NCBI GenBank assembly: GCA_963711565.1
Contig: CAVQEQ010000001.1
Coordinates: 160,001 to 224,000, forward strand
Direction: 5' to 3'
DNA length: 64,000 nucleotides
Origin: an uncultured delta proteobacterium
GTDB taxonomy: Bacteria; Desulfobacterota; Binatia; Binatales; Binataceae
Position numbers and translations under genes: made by a program
Part shown: positions 27,611 to 37,666 of the stretch, one piece after another
Layout of the letters: the number at the start of each line of letters is the position of its first letter
How positions within the stretch are numbered: the first letter of the stretch is position 1
Notes under the pieces: model-generated
What the model was told of the DNA's origin: nothing
Database searches by the model: none
What the model saw: the letters and a program-made list of their open reading frames with translations, nothing else

Positions 27611-28345
27611 CTACTTCTTCTTTTCGGCGGCCTCGGGCTTCTTGGCAGCCTTGTCCTTGTCGCCGCCTTCTTTGGCCGCCGCCGCACCCTCGGCAGGAGC
27701 AGCCGCCGCGCCTTCCGCCGGCGCAGCACCTTCGACCGGCGCACCTTCGACCGCTTCCGGCGTAGCCGCAACCGCGACTTCCGCAACGGTCGGCGGCAGC
27801 ACGGTAACGACTGGATAGTCGGTATCGAAAATCGCCTTCACCTTATCGGGGAACTTCACCGCCGAGACGTGGATGACGTCGTGGATGTCGATCTCGGAAA
27901 CGTCAACCTCGATCAAGTCGGGAATTTCCAGCGGCAGGCATTCGACGGTCGCGGTGCGCTCGAGCGGCGCGAGGATTCCGCCGTTGGCGACGCCCTTGGC
28001 TTTGCCGGTGAACTTGAACGGCACCTCGACGCGAATGGCGCGGTTAAGATCCACCTCGTACAGGTCGGCGTGCAGGATTTCGCCCGACACAGGAGTGCGC
28101 TGCACGTCCTTGAGGATCACGTGCTTGCCGTCGAGCTCCGCGGTGCTCGACTTGAGCTTGATGATGCGGGTGTGGGCGGCGGCTGAAATCCTGGCCTTCA
28201 GCTCAAGGCGATCGATCGCCAGCGCCAGGGGCGCAGTGGTGGGTCCGTACAATATCGCGGGCACGCGGCCGCTCCGCCGCAGCGCGTTGTTCTGACCCTT
28301 GGGTCGGGTCGCACGTTTCTCGCAGGCTAATTCACCGGTCTCCAT
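27611..28345 (-). CDS. rplY: 50S ribosomal protein L25/Ctc
   Basis: LRRSGRVPAILYG, ILHADL, GVANGG; Ala/Glu/Lys tail. Confidence 0.95.
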   Translation of the reverse strand: METGELACEKRATRPKGQNNALRRSGRVPAILYGPTTAPLALAIDRLELKARISAAAHTRIIKLKSSTAELDGKHVILKDVQRTPVSGEILHADLYEVDLNRAIRVEVPFKFTGKAKGVANGGILAPLERTATVECLPLEIPDLIEVDVSEIDIHDVIHVSAVKFPDKVKAIFDTDYPVVTVLPPTVAEVAVAATPEAVEGAPVEGAAPAEGAAAAPAEGAAAAKEGGDKDKAAKKPEAAEKKK

Positions 28346-28372
28346 TGTTTCCTCGCTTGATAGTTGGCGCGC

Positions 28373-29332
28373 TCAGGCAAAGAGCGAGCTAACCGACTCC
28401 TCATTATGAATTCGCTTCATCGCTTCCGCCAGCAGGCTCGCGACCGACAGGCCGTGCAGCTTCGTGAGCTCGGCCTGGGCCTTGGCGCGGAGCGGAATCG
28501 TGTTGGTCGTAACGATTTCCGTGATGTTCGATTTGTTCAGGCGATCGCACGCCGGGTCCGACAGAATCGGATGCGTGGCGACGGCGATCACTTCGGTCGC
28601 GCCCGCGTTGGCGACGACCTTGGCCGCCTCGGTGATCGTGCCGGCGGTATCGATCATGTCGTCAACCAGCAGCGCGATCGAGTCCCTCACTTCGCCAACC
28701 AGTTGCATCTCGGCGACTTCGCTCGCGCGGCGGCGGCGCTTGTCGATAATCGCGAGGTTCGCGTTGAGCCGGCGGGCATACGCGCGCGCGCGTTCAACAC
28801 CTCCCGCATCGGGCGACACGACAGACACCTTCTGCCCGTCGATTCGCTTGCGCAGGTAGGTGATCAGCACCGGCATCGCGTAGAGATTGTCAACCGGGAT
28901 GTTGAAGAAGCCCTGAATCTGGCCGGCGTGGAGATCCACCGTCAGCACGCGATTGACGCCCGCGGTCGTGATCAGGTCGGCGACGACCTTGGCGCTGATC
29001 GGCACGCGCGGCGCGACCTTGCGATCCTGGCGCGAATAGCCGAAATACGGAATCACCGCCGTGATACGCCCGGCCGACGCACGCCGGAGGGCGTCGGTGA
29101 GCAGGATCAGCTCCATCAGGTTTTCGTTCGGAGGCGTGCAGATCGACTGAATGATGAAGCAATCGCCGCCGCGGACGTTCTCGCGGATTTCGATCATCAC
29201 TTCGCCGTCGGGAAAGCGGCCAACCTCGGCTTCACCCATCTTCACGCCAAGGTGCTCCGTGACCTCGCGCGCGAGCGCGGGGTTGGAGTTCCCGGTGAAA
29301 ACTTCGAGTTGGTCCTTGACCCTGTCCGACAT
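28373..29332 (-). CDS. prs: Ribose-phosphate pyrophosphokinase
   Basis: [37 protein letters not shown]. Confidence 0.97.
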   Translation of the reverse strand: MSDRVKDQLEVFTGNSNPALAREVTEHLGVKMGEAEVGRFPDGEVMIEIRENVRGGDCFIIQSICTPPNENLMELILLTDALRRASAGRITAVIPYFGYSRQDRKVAPRVPISAKVVADLITTAGVNRVLTVDLHAGQIQGFFNIPVDNLYAMPVLITYLRKRIDGQKVSVVSPDAGGVERARAYARRLNANLAIIDKRRRRASEVAEMQLVGEVRDSIALLVDDMIDTAGTITEAAKVVANAGATEVIAVATHPILSDPACDRLNKSNITEIVTTNTIPLRAKAQAELTKLHGLSVASLLAEAMKRIHNEESVSSLFA

Positions 29333-29396
29333 TTCAATTTCCTCGCGTCGCGATCGTCATGCGATTCTTCAGTTGTCGCCGATCGCTGTCAAAGCC

Positions 29397-29472
29397 TGGC
29401 TGGGCGGGAAGGATTCGAACCTTCGAATGCCAGGTCCAAAGCCTGGTGCCTTACCAGCTTGGCGACCGCCCA
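29397..29472 (-). tRNA. tRNA-Gln (TTG)
   Basis: Cloverleaf, CCAGG-CT TTG GA-CCTGG arm, GGTTCGAATCC, encoded CCA. Confidence 0.96.
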
Positions 29473-29679
29473 GCGCATTTCGATTCAAAGGCTCAGCGCC
29501 CGCGCATCTCCCTATCGACATCGTCAAAACTGACAGCCGGCGAAACACCACTCGGGCGCTCAGCCGGCGAATCGAGCAAACCAATCTTTACGGACCGACC
29601 GTCGCGATACTGTGCGGCACAATGTCGCGGCGAACCTGCCCGGACTTTTGACTTTAGCAGCCTGGATGCAGGAAATGCG

Positions 29680-29708
29680 ATGTTATTGATGCGGTTTTTC
29701 GCTGTCAA
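29680..29708 (-). promoter_or_regulatory. Putative sigma70 promoter for tRNA-Gln-prs-rplY
   Basis: TTGACA-17 bp-TAACAT. Confidence 0.6.
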
Positions 29709-29744
29709 TGCGTGGCGAGCGGAGCAATGCACAGACTGTGGATT

Positions 29745-30638
29745 TCAGGCCAATTCGTCGTCGGATTCGTCGTTGAGCGTGGTCGCGGCGAGCACTGTCG
29801 CGAATGGCGCACGCTTGCGGATCTTTATTGCCGCTCCGGCGGCCTCGTCGAGCGAATCGAACACGCCAAAGACCGCGCCGCCGCTGCCGGACATCTGCGC
29901 GGCGCGCGCGCCTGAATCTTCAAGTAATCCTTTAAGACGACGAATCTCCGGAAACCGCGCAATCGCGACCGCCGCCAGGTCGTTTACCATCACGTCCGCC
30001 GAGATGTCGCCGCGCAGGATGGATGCGATGTGATCGGCGGGCGCCGCGCCGCTCCATGCGGTGGGTTCGAGCGCGCGAAAGATCGCGGCGGTCGAAACTT
30101 CGAACGGCGGCACGGCGATGACGATTGGGATAACAGGCACTCCTTCGATGGCCGCGATTCGCTCGCCGATACCCGTCACGCGCGAGGGTTGCGGGTCGAG
30201 AAAAAATGGCACGTCGGCGCCAAGCGACAGCGCGAGCCGGCGCAGGCGGCCGGCCGATTCGTCGTCGGTGAGCCGCGCCGCGGCCGCCATCATGCACAAG
30301 GTCGTGGCGGCGTCGCTCGAGCCGCCGCCGAGTCCGGCGCCGACCGGGATGCGCTTTTCGAGTCCGATCGACACGTCCGCGACGAGATCGAATTCTTTCA
30401 TGAACGAGTGCGCGGCGCGCGCTGCAAGGTTGTTCCTGCTCCTTGCGAGTTCGGGCAGATTGCAGTTGACGGTAACCGCGGATTCGTTGGCGGCGCGAAT
30501 CTCGAGGCGGATTTCGTCGGCGAGCGAGATCGGCAGGAAGACCGAGTCGAGTTCGTGATAGCCGTCGCCGCGGCGTCCGGTCACGCGCAGGAACAAATTA
30601 ATTTTCGCGCATGCGCGCCCGGTCAGCTCCGTTACCAT
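29745..30638 (-). CDS. ispE: 4-diphosphocytidyl-2-C-methyl-D-erythritol kinase
   Basis: AKINLFL, KRIPVGAGLGGGSSDAA, LGADVPFF, MSGSG. Confidence 0.96.
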   Translation of the reverse strand: MVTELTGRACAKINLFLRVTGRRGDGYHELDSVFLPISLADEIRLEIRAANESAVTVNCNLPELARSRNNLAARAAHSFMKEFDLVADVSIGLEKRIPVGAGLGGGSSDAATTLCMMAAAARLTDDESAGRLRRLALSLGADVPFFLDPQPSRVTGIGERIAAIEGVPVIPIVIAVPPFEVSTAAIFRALEPTAWSGAAPADHIASILRGDISADVMVNDLAAVAIARFPEIRRLKGLLEDSGARAAQMSGSGGAVFGVFDSLDEAAGAAIKIRKRAPFATVLAATTLNDESDDELA

Positions 30639-30648
30639 TGTGAAGATT

Positions 30649-31056
30649 CTACTGAGGAGTGCGCGGCGTGCCGGGCAATCCGCGAAACGCGCGGCGCGCA
30701 TCATTCTGAATCACGCTGATGAAGCCGAGCAGCGTGACCAGCAGCCCGAACAACACCATCGCGCGACCGGCGAGGAATGCGGCGTGATAAAAATCCATGC
30801 GCGCTGTCGCGTACGACGCCTGGCGCTGTTCGACCGTGAGCGGTTCGAGGACTGCGTCGTCGCCCGCGCTCTCATCGAGCTCGTCGAAACTGCGATAGTC
30901 GGTCGCGGCGGCGGCGGAATGCTGCTGGTGCGCGACGATGAGGCGGCTGTAAATCTGAGTACGTTCCACACCGATGATCCAGTTGGCGGCGCCGAGCATG
31001 ATTAGTCCGAGGCCGATTACAATCTTCCAGTCGGTATATATGTCAGGAAGCTTCAT
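30649..31056 (-). CDS. Hypothetical two-TM membrane protein
   Basis: Two hydrophobic segments; AAGGA SD; abuts ispE. Confidence 0.7.
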   Translation of the reverse strand: MKLPDIYTDWKIVIGLGLIMLGAANWIIGVERTQIYSRLIVAHQQHSAAAATDYRSFDELDESAGDDAVLEPLTVEQRQASYATARMDFYHAAFLAGRAMVLFGLLVTLLGFISVIQNDARRAFRGLPGTPRTPQ

Positions 31057-31181
31057 TCCTTGAATCGAGACTAAGGCGCTGGTGGAGGGAAAACAATGCC
31101 GCGCCGCGCGATCTATTCACCGGGCGGATGTTTTGTTGCGCCATTCGATCGCCAGCCGCTATCATGATTCGACAACTTCGT

Positions 31182-32225
31182 ATGCCAGTTGAATTTCGAC
31201 ATCATGCGGCCGAGTCCGCCGCGAATCCTAATGCCAAAGATGCGCGGCGGGACGCGCTGCTCAAGCGTTTCGACGCGGGCGAGATGCGCGCGCTGGCCCA
31301 GTTGATCACGATGGTCGAGAACCGCGCGCCTGAATCGAGCGCGATCATCGAGCGAATCTACGCGAAGACCGGTCGCGCGCAGGTGGTCGGAATCACTGGG
31401 CCGCCGGGGGCTGGAAAATCGACGCTCGTGAACCGGCTGATCGCGAAGTATCGGGCGATTGGGAAAAAAATCGCCATCCTCGCGATCGATCCGTCGAGTC
31501 CGTTTTCCGGCGGCGCCGTGCTTGGCGATCGCGTCCGCATGACCGACCATTACAAGGACGCCGGCGTGTACATCCGCAGCCTCGCGTCGCGCGGGAGCCA
31601 CGGCGGACTCAGCCGCGCCGCGCGCGAAATCGTCAAGCTGCTCGACGCTTACGGCTCCGACGTGATCATTATCGAGACCGTCGGCGTGGGACAGACCGAG
31701 CTTTCGATCATGGACCTGGCCGACACCACCGTCGTCGTTACGGTGCCCGAGGCGGGCGACGGTGTGCAGGTGATGAAGGCCGGGCTGAACGAAATCGCGG
31801 ACGTGTTCGTCGTCAACAAGGCCGACCGCGAGGGCGCGGACCGGGTCAAGGCCGAGCTGGAGCTGAGTGTGCATCTGCGCTCCGGCGACGGATGGCGCGC
31901 GCCGGTGCTGCTGACGCAGGCCGCGGTGGACAAGGGCGTCGACGCGGTGGTCGAGGCGATCGGGAAGCATCGCGAGTACTTGCGCGAGCACGTCGATGCG
32001 GCGCGCGAGTCAGAGCGCCGCACGCGCGAGTTCCTCGAGGTGTTGTCGGCGGAACTCGAAGAGCGCGCGGCTCGGGCGGTCGCGGACGGCGGCGCGCCGG
32101 GCGTGATCGGAGAAGTTCGCGCGGGCAAGCTGAATCCTTACAGCGCGGCGCGGCGTATAATTGAAGACCGGAAGTCATTGCTCGATTTGATTCATAACGG
32201 GAACTCGAAGCCGCGCACCGACTGA
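31182..32225 (+). CDS. meaB: Methylmalonyl-CoA mutase-associated GTPase MeaB/ArgK
   Basis: GITGPPGAGKST, DPSSPFSGGAVLGDRVRM, ETVGVGQ, NKAD; start uncertain. Confidence 0.92.
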   Translation: MPVEFRHHAAESAANPNAKDARRDALLKRFDAGEMRALAQLITMVENRAPESSAIIERIYAKTGRAQVVGITGPPGAGKSTLVNRLIAKYRAIGKKIAILAIDPSSPFSGGAVLGDRVRMTDHYKDAGVYIRSLASRGSHGGLSRAAREIVKLLDAYGSDVIIIETVGVGQTELSIMDLADTTVVVTVPEAGDGVQVMKAGLNEIADVFVVNKADREGADRVKAELELSVHLRSGDGWRAPVLLTQAAVDKGVDAVVEAIGKHREYLREHVDAARESERRTREFLEVLSAELEERAARAVADGGAPGVIGEVRAGKLNPYSAARRIIEDRKSLLDLIHNGNSKPRTD

Positions 32226-32242
32226 CCTCGACTGCATCATCA

Positions 32243-32962
32243 ATGACGGCGAAGGGAAAATCGAAAACTGAAGGACGCCTGTTCGCGATCGGCGACATCC
32301 ACGGATGCCCCGACGAACTGGCCGCGATTCTCAAGGCGATCGCGCCGACGGCCGGCGACACGGTGGTCTTCGTCGGCGACTACGTGGATCGCGGCCCGTC
32401 GGCGCGCGACGTAATCGAGCTCGCGATGGATCTCGAACGCGGCAACGCCGAGTGCGTGTTCCTGAAGGGCAATCACGAGGACATGATGATGTCGTTCCTC
32501 GGCATGCCGGGAAATTACGGCGAGTCGTTCCTGTTCAACGGCGGCGTCGCCACGCTCGACAGCTACGGCGTGCACGAAGAGGACCTCGAGGACGCCTTCG
32601 CGCGACTGCCCGACGCGCACCTCGATTTCATGAGCCGCCTCGCCACCAGCTACCTGCGGCCGCCGTACCTATTCGTCCACGCCGGCATCATGCCGACGCG
32701 GCAGCTCGAGGAGCAGCAGACCGAGGACATGCTGTGGATTCGGCAGGAGTTCATTTTCAGTCCGCACAAGATCGACGCGACGGTCGTCTTCGGCCACACG
32801 CCGATGCGCGGCGTGATGATCGATCTGCCATACAAGCTCGGCATCGACACCGGCCTCGTGTACGGCGGCAAGCTGACCTGCATCGAGTTCAACGAGGGCG
32901 TGCTTTACCAGGTCATGCGCGGGCATAAGGCGGTGAAGACCCGCAGTATCCCGCTGCGCTGA
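32243..32962 (+). CDS. PPP-family metallophosphoesterase (Ser/Thr phosphatase-like)
   Basis: GDIHG, GDYVDRG, GNHE, VHAG, FGHTP, IDTG. Confidence 0.92.
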   Translation: MTAKGKSKTEGRLFAIGDIHGCPDELAAILKAIAPTAGDTVVFVGDYVDRGPSARDVIELAMDLERGNAECVFLKGNHEDMMMSFLGMPGNYGESFLFNGGVATLDSYGVHEEDLEDAFARLPDAHLDFMSRLATSYLRPPYLFVHAGIMPTRQLEEQQTEDMLWIRQEFIFSPHKIDATVVFGHTPMRGVMIDLPYKLGIDTGLVYGGKLTCIEFNEGVLYQVMRGHKAVKTRSIPLR

Positions 32963-32984
32963 AACGCCAAGAGGAAAAGAATAG

Positions 32985-33074
32985 TCGCCTGCGCGGCGGG
33001 CGGCAGGGGTGACCCCTGCACCCAGTGTGAAGAGCAAAGTTGCGCGCGGCGCGCTACTTTGCGCTCAGGGGCGG
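32985..33074 (+). repeat. Repeat family A (core GGCAGGGGTGACCCCTGCACCCAGT)
   Basis: About 90 bp, near-identical to 59692-59783; core also inverted at 40117 and 54976. Confidence 0.85.
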
Positions 33075-33149
33075 CGGCTCGACGCGGGCGTGCAGCTCTT
33101 GCGGTCTTTCGCGGGTTCCGCGCTCACGCTACATTTGACGATTCCCGGT

Positions 33150-33226
33150 GGCGACGTAGCTCAGTTGGTCAGAGCATGCGGCTCATATCCGCAGTGTCGT
33201 AGGTTCGACTCCTACCGTCGCCACCA
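33150..33226 (+). tRNA. tRNA-Met (CAT), probably elongator
   Basis: GGCGACG/CGTCGCC acceptor stem with G1-C72, TGCGG-CT CAT AT-CCGCA arm, CCA. Confidence 0.93.
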
Positions 33227-33235
33227 ATCAGATAC

Positions 33236-33766
33236 TCAATCAGCTATTGCAGCGGAGTCGGCGCGAATTCGAAGGCGATGACTCGCGTCCGACGAGGTTT
33301 GCGGGCGCTCGTCGGCGGGTGACGAATCGAAGATCAAATCGTAGCCGCGAATCCAAATGTACAGCGTGATCAGCACCATCATCGGGCCCTGCGACGCGAC
33401 CGTGCGCACGTTCATCCATTCCGATTGAATCGGCAGGTATGCGACCACGAACGCCAGATGGCTCATCACGACCTCGGCCATGTAGCAGAGCGCGAGCAAC
33501 AGGCCCCATCGCTGATGAAAGAAAACTCCGAGCGCGATCGCGGCGAATATTCCGGCCTGCACGATTAGCACCACGCGCGCGTCGTCGCCGTTGAATCGTA
33601 CGCCGGCGAAAATCGTTTCGATCGGATCGACGACCTCCACATCGGCAACCTGAACGAAGGCCATTACCGCCAGGCACACCGCCCATAGTCCGGCAAGGAC
33701 GGCGAAGACGCGAAGGTCGAAGGGCCACGCAGATTGGCGTCGATCGGATTGGCGGTTGGAGTTCAT
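33236..33766 (-). CDS. Hypothetical multi-pass membrane protein
   Basis: About four hydrophobic helices. Confidence 0.7.
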   Translation of the reverse strand: MNSNRQSDRRQSAWPFDLRVFAVLAGLWAVCLAVMAFVQVADVEVVDPIETIFAGVRFNGDDARVVLIVQAGIFAAIALGVFFHQRWGLLLALCYMAEVVMSHLAFVVAYLPIQSEWMNVRTVASQGPMMVLITLYIWIRGYDLIFDSSPADERPQTSSDASHRLRIRADSAAIAD

Positions 33767-33899
33767 CTATTTTGCAGCCTACCAGAGCAATACTAGGCGC
33801 AACAAGAGCAGCTAAATTACCACACTGCGACGGCTGCTCGCAGCTCGGCGCAACGTCTCGGCTTGCCCGCGGCGGCGAGTCTCCACGATAATCGGCGCG

Positions 33900-34625
33900 A
33901 TGAATGGCGTCCATGACATGGGCGGGATGGACGGCTTCGGGCCGGTCGTTCCCGAAAAGAATGAACCTGTCTTTCACGCCGACTGGGAACGGCGCGCGTA
34001 TGCGCTGGTCGGTCTCGCGCGGCGCGTGGCGCGGTTCAACGGCGATGAGTTTCGTCACGCGATCGAGCGGATGCCGCCGGCGCGCTACCTCGCGTCGAGC
34101 TACTACGAACGATGGCTCGCGGCGGCGGAAATTTTGCTCGTCGAGCACGGCGTCGTGACGCGCGACGAACTGCTCGCAAAACAGGATGCGTCGATCGATC
34201 CGGCGCTGATCGCGAATCCGGTCGCGACGCGAGGTCCGGTGGTCGTCACGGACAAACCCGGATCGAAACCGCCGCGCGCGCGATTCGGCAAAGGTGCTCG
34301 CGTGCGCGCGCGCAATCTGAATCCTTCAGGACACACGCGTCTGCCGCGCTACGTGCGCGGCAAGGCCGGGGTCATCATGCGCGACTGGGGAGTGTTCGTC
34401 TTCCCCGACACCAACGCGCATCACGCGGGACTCAAGCGGCAACATTGCTATTCTGTCGCGTTCGACGCGCGCGAGCTGTGGGGGAAATCAGCGAAAGCGA
34501 ACTCCCGCGAGCGGGTGTACATCGATTTGTGGGAAGATTACCTGGAGCCAATCGCATCGAACTCGAAGGCCAAACGCACGAAACGCAAAGCCGCGGGAGA
34601 GACGCGTGGAAGGCAAAACAAGTGA
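33900..34625 (+). CDS. nthB: Nitrile hydratase subunit beta
   Basis: [39 protein letters not shown]. Confidence 0.96.
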   Translation: MNGVHDMGGMDGFGPVVPEKNEPVFHADWERRAYALVGLARRVARFNGDEFRHAIERMPPARYLASSYYERWLAAAEILLVEHGVVTRDELLAKQDASIDPALIANPVATRGPVVVTDKPGSKPPRARFGKGARVRARNLNPSGHTRLPRYVRGKAGVIMRDWGVFVFPDTNAHHAGLKRQHCYSVAFDARELWGKSAKANSRERVYIDLWEDYLEPIASNSKAKRTKRKAAGETRGRQNK

Positions 34626-35227
34626 GCGGAGATCATCACAATACTGACGACAGCGGGCCGGCCGCGCGGGTGAAGGCTCTGGAAGCCCTTCTCACGGAGA
34701 AGGGGCTGATCGATCCCGCGGCGATCGACGCGATCGTCGATAGCTACGAGACTCGCGTCGGCCCGCGCAACGGCGCGCGCGTCGTCGCGAAAGCATGGAC
34801 CGATCCCGCGTATCGCAAGCGCCTGCTCGCCGATGCGACCAGCGCGGTGGCGGAACTGGGATTTGCGGGACCCGAGGGCGGTCATCTGGTCGCCGTCGAG
34901 AATACCGATCGCGTCCACAATCTCGTCGTATGCACGCTGTGCTCATGCTACCCGTGGCCGGTGCTGGGCTTGCCGCCGGTCTGGTACAAGAGCTTCGCGT
35001 ATCGCTCGCGCGCAGTGAGCGATCCGCGCGGCGTGCTCGAGGATTTCGGACTCGAATTGGCGCGCGAGGTCGAAGTGCGCGTGTGGGATTCGAGCGCGGA
35101 GATTCGCTATCTCGTGATCCCGCAGCGTCCGAAGAGCACCGCGCGAATGAGTGAGGACGAGCTCGCCGCGATCGTCACGCGAGACTCGATGGTCGGCGTG
35201 GCAAAGGTCGAGGCGCCGGGGAGATGA
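34622..35227 (+). CDS. nthA: Nitrile hydratase subunit alpha, cobalt type
   Basis: [10 protein letters not shown] metal site (Thr/Tyr indicate Co type); GTG start overlapping the nthB stop. Confidence 0.96.
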   Translation: MSGDHHNTDDSGPAARVKALEALLTEKGLIDPAAIDAIVDSYETRVGPRNGARVVAKAWTDPAYRKRLLADATSAVAELGFAGPEGGHLVAVENTDRVHNLVVCTLCSCYPWPVLGLPPVWYKSFAYRSRAVSDPRGVLEDFGLELAREVEVRVWDSSAEIRYLVIPQRPKSTARMSEDELAAIVTRDSMVGVAKVEAPGR

Positions 35228-35514
35228 GCGCGACGGCGCTCGACAGGTTGATCGAGGCGGCGCGCCTCGATCCCGAGCACGTGTTCAGCGCGCCGTGGGA
35301 GGCGCGCGCATTTGCGATCGCGCTGCAACTGTCCGAGTCGGGACATTTCACCTGGGATGAATTCCGCGAACGCCTGATTGCCGAAGTCCGCGCATCAGAT
35401 AGAATCCGCGCGCGCGACGGCACCTCCGATCACGGCGAGTACTACGATCATTTCCTGCACGCGCTGGAGAAGCTGCTCGAGGAGAAAGGCCTCGCGCACC
35501 CTATGTCATCCTGA
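35224..35514 (+). CDS. Nitrile hydratase accessory protein
   Basis: [29 protein letters not shown]; ATGA overlap. Confidence 0.9.
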   Translation: MSATALDRLIEAARLDPEHVFSAPWEARAFAIALQLSESGHFTWDEFRERLIAEVRASDRIRARDGTSDHGEYYDHFLHALEKLLEEKGLAHPMSS

Positions 35515-35665
35515 CGACGGGAGCGGGCGACGGGAGGAAGGATCTCGGACAGCTTCGCGCAAGCGAAGCCGGTTCCGGTTTCGCGACGCGCGTCAGCGCA
35601 TCACTGTTGACAACGGACGCCGGAGCGTCCGTCGAGATTCTTCGCCGCCGCGGCTCAGAATGACA
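35504..35665. repeat. Repeat family B pair (TGTCATCCTGA...GAAGGATCT / AGATTCTTCG...TCAGAATGACA)
   Basis: 35504-35582 matches the inverse of 39966-40047; partner at 35635-35665 resembles 54932-54968. Confidence 0.8.
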
Positions 35666-35691
35666 CAATGACGGAAGCCTACGGAAAAGCG

Positions 35692-36234
35692 CTACGCGTT
35701 CTTGCCTTGCTTGCCTTCGATCCACTGGAACATCAGGGATTGGTAGTACTCCATGTTCTCGCCGAGCAGGAAGACTTTCGGGATTCCCTCGATTTGCGCG
35801 TAAATGGCGGTGTGCGTGGGGTTTTCGTTGCCGAACGCTATCTTGATCGGCTGCGGTTGGCCGGGTGCCTCGATTGTCACCACCGACTTCGGCTGGTCGA
35901 GGCCGAACTGCGCGAGGTCGTTTGAATTGTCCGCCACCACTTCGACCGATTTCGCACTCGTCAGCAGCGAGACCATCGCGTCCATCAGATCGCGCGGGAT
36001 AAACTTTCCCGGCGGCGCGACAACTTCGTAGAACGAACCGTCTTTGGACTTCTGAAACCGCAGCGACTCCGTTCCGCTCGCGATGGTGATCGCGTCGATG
36101 CCGCTGAGCTTCAGCAGGCTCTCCTGTTTCTCCTCCAGCGCGCTGACCGGCTTCACGCTCGGCTGAATCCAGAAATAAATCGGCAGCAGGATGAAAAAAA
36201 CGATCGTGTAGAAGATTGCCGGACGCGCGCTCAC
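35692..36234 (-). CDS. DUF4340 domain protein
   Basis: N-terminal TM, DLAQFGLDQP, GNENPT; last gene of the Gld-like ABC operon. Confidence 0.85.
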   Translation of the reverse strand: MSARPAIFYTIVFFILLPIYFWIQPSVKPVSALEEKQESLLKLSGIDAITIASGTESLRFQKSKDGSFYEVVAPPGKFIPRDLMDAMVSLLTSAKSVEVVADNSNDLAQFGLDQPKSVVTIEAPGQPQPIKIAFGNENPTHTAIYAQIEGIPKVFLLGENMEYYQSLMFQWIEGKQGKNA

Positions 36235-37666
36235 GCGAAAAACCTCCGGCGCACGAGGACGGTGACCGCGATCAGAAACAGGATCGCCGGCTCGACGACC
36301 GAGCCGTAAACCAGCAGATGGCGCGCCTCCTGGTCGCTGACATAGAAGGCGGCGGTCTCGCTCTTGTTGAGCCGTTCGCGGCTCGCGATCAGCATCTCGT
36401 CGCCAGCCAGCTCATTGATCAGGCTCACCGCGAGATCCTGATTCCCCAGCATCTCAATGAACTGGTTCGAGGCGAAGGCGGAGCTGCCGATCCCGACCAA
36501 CCGTGTCATCTGCTGCACCGGGATGTGCGGATTCGAGGCCGGCGCGAAGTCAATCTCGGAGGCGACGGGAATCGGTCCCTTCAGATCGCGGCCGCCTGGT
36601 ACTCGGTGATTCCGGTCGTCAACGCATTGGGATCGCCCGACGCCCAGCTCTCGTGCGAGGACGAGAGGAACTTGTCTTCCTGCGCAATCTTCAAGTCGTC
36701 GGGCGCCGTCGCACCGACCGCCCCGGTTATCATCACGCCACGCCCCAGCGAGAACACGGCCGGCGCGGTCATCGAGCGGCTGATCTGATTTTCTTCCGAG
36801 CGCAGCGGAATCTGGGTCGTGAGAATTTCACTGGCGGTCAGCCGGTACGCGGGATCGACGATCACCTGCGGGATGAAATCGAGGTAGTACTTTTTCAGGA
36901 ACTCGACCAGCGTCGGCGATCCATACGGATCGATGATCGCGACGTAATGGCCGCCGTGGCCCAGGTACTTGGCGAGCGCCGCCAACTCTTCGGGCAGGAA
37001 ATCCTTCTGCGGGCCGAGCGAGACCACCACCTTCGCGTCGTCGGGTACGCCGCTGGCGAACAGCGACACGTTGTCGATCTGATAGTTGTTCTGTTCGAGC
37101 TGCGTACGCCATTGCGAGTAGCCCAAGGTGCGATCGGAATTGAACAGGTCGCGCTCGCCATGCCCGATGGTGAAATAGATGTGCTTGGTGGCGTTCGGCG
37201 AGATTTGCAGAATCGCCGGGATCAGCTCGTCGGAGCGCGCGTTGTCGAAGTCGCGCCGCCGCCCCTGCGATTCCACGATCACCTCGCCGTAGCTCGACAC
37301 GCCGTATTCGCGCGCCAGCCCCGGCGCCTTGTTGACGTTGATAACCTGGTAGGTCAGGCGCGGGGTGAAAGCGGCCGCTTGGAACAGCAGGTCCGCGAGT
37401 TCGAGGTAGGCGGGATCCTCGGTGCGCACGAACGCCATCACCTTGACGTTTTCCGTAAGACCGCCCAGCACGCGCTTGTCGAAATCTGAGAGCGAGAATT
37501 GTTTTTGCGGCGTTAGATCCCAGCGGATGTTAAAGGTTGAAATTATCGCATTGGCGACGATCAGCACGGCGCCGAAAGCGATCACGGTGTAGAGCAGCAC
37601 CGCGTAGTTCAGCCAGATCGAACGGCGCTCGGCCGCGGACGAATCCTTTAGCGCCGGCCCGTCCAC
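36231..37666 (-). pseudogene. GldG-like ABC auxiliary component split by a frameshift near 36593
   Basis: WDLT...SLS and YFTIGHGE in frame 1; GRDLKGPIPVA...RLVGIGSSAF...GNQDL and C-terminal TM continue in another frame. Confidence 0.8.

Noticed and set aside
27490-27786. 99-aa N-terminal extension of DnaE in the ORF track
   Set aside because: Overlaps rplY out of frame; the true start is the ATG at 27489 with an SD
34112-34621. Long N-terminal extension of NthA
   Set aside because: Alternative frame of nthB; alpha-subunit homology begins after the GTG at 34622
33150-35665. tRNA-Met-anchored genomic island containing the NHase operon
   Set aside because: No integrase, no duplicated tRNA 3' end seen, and host-like composition
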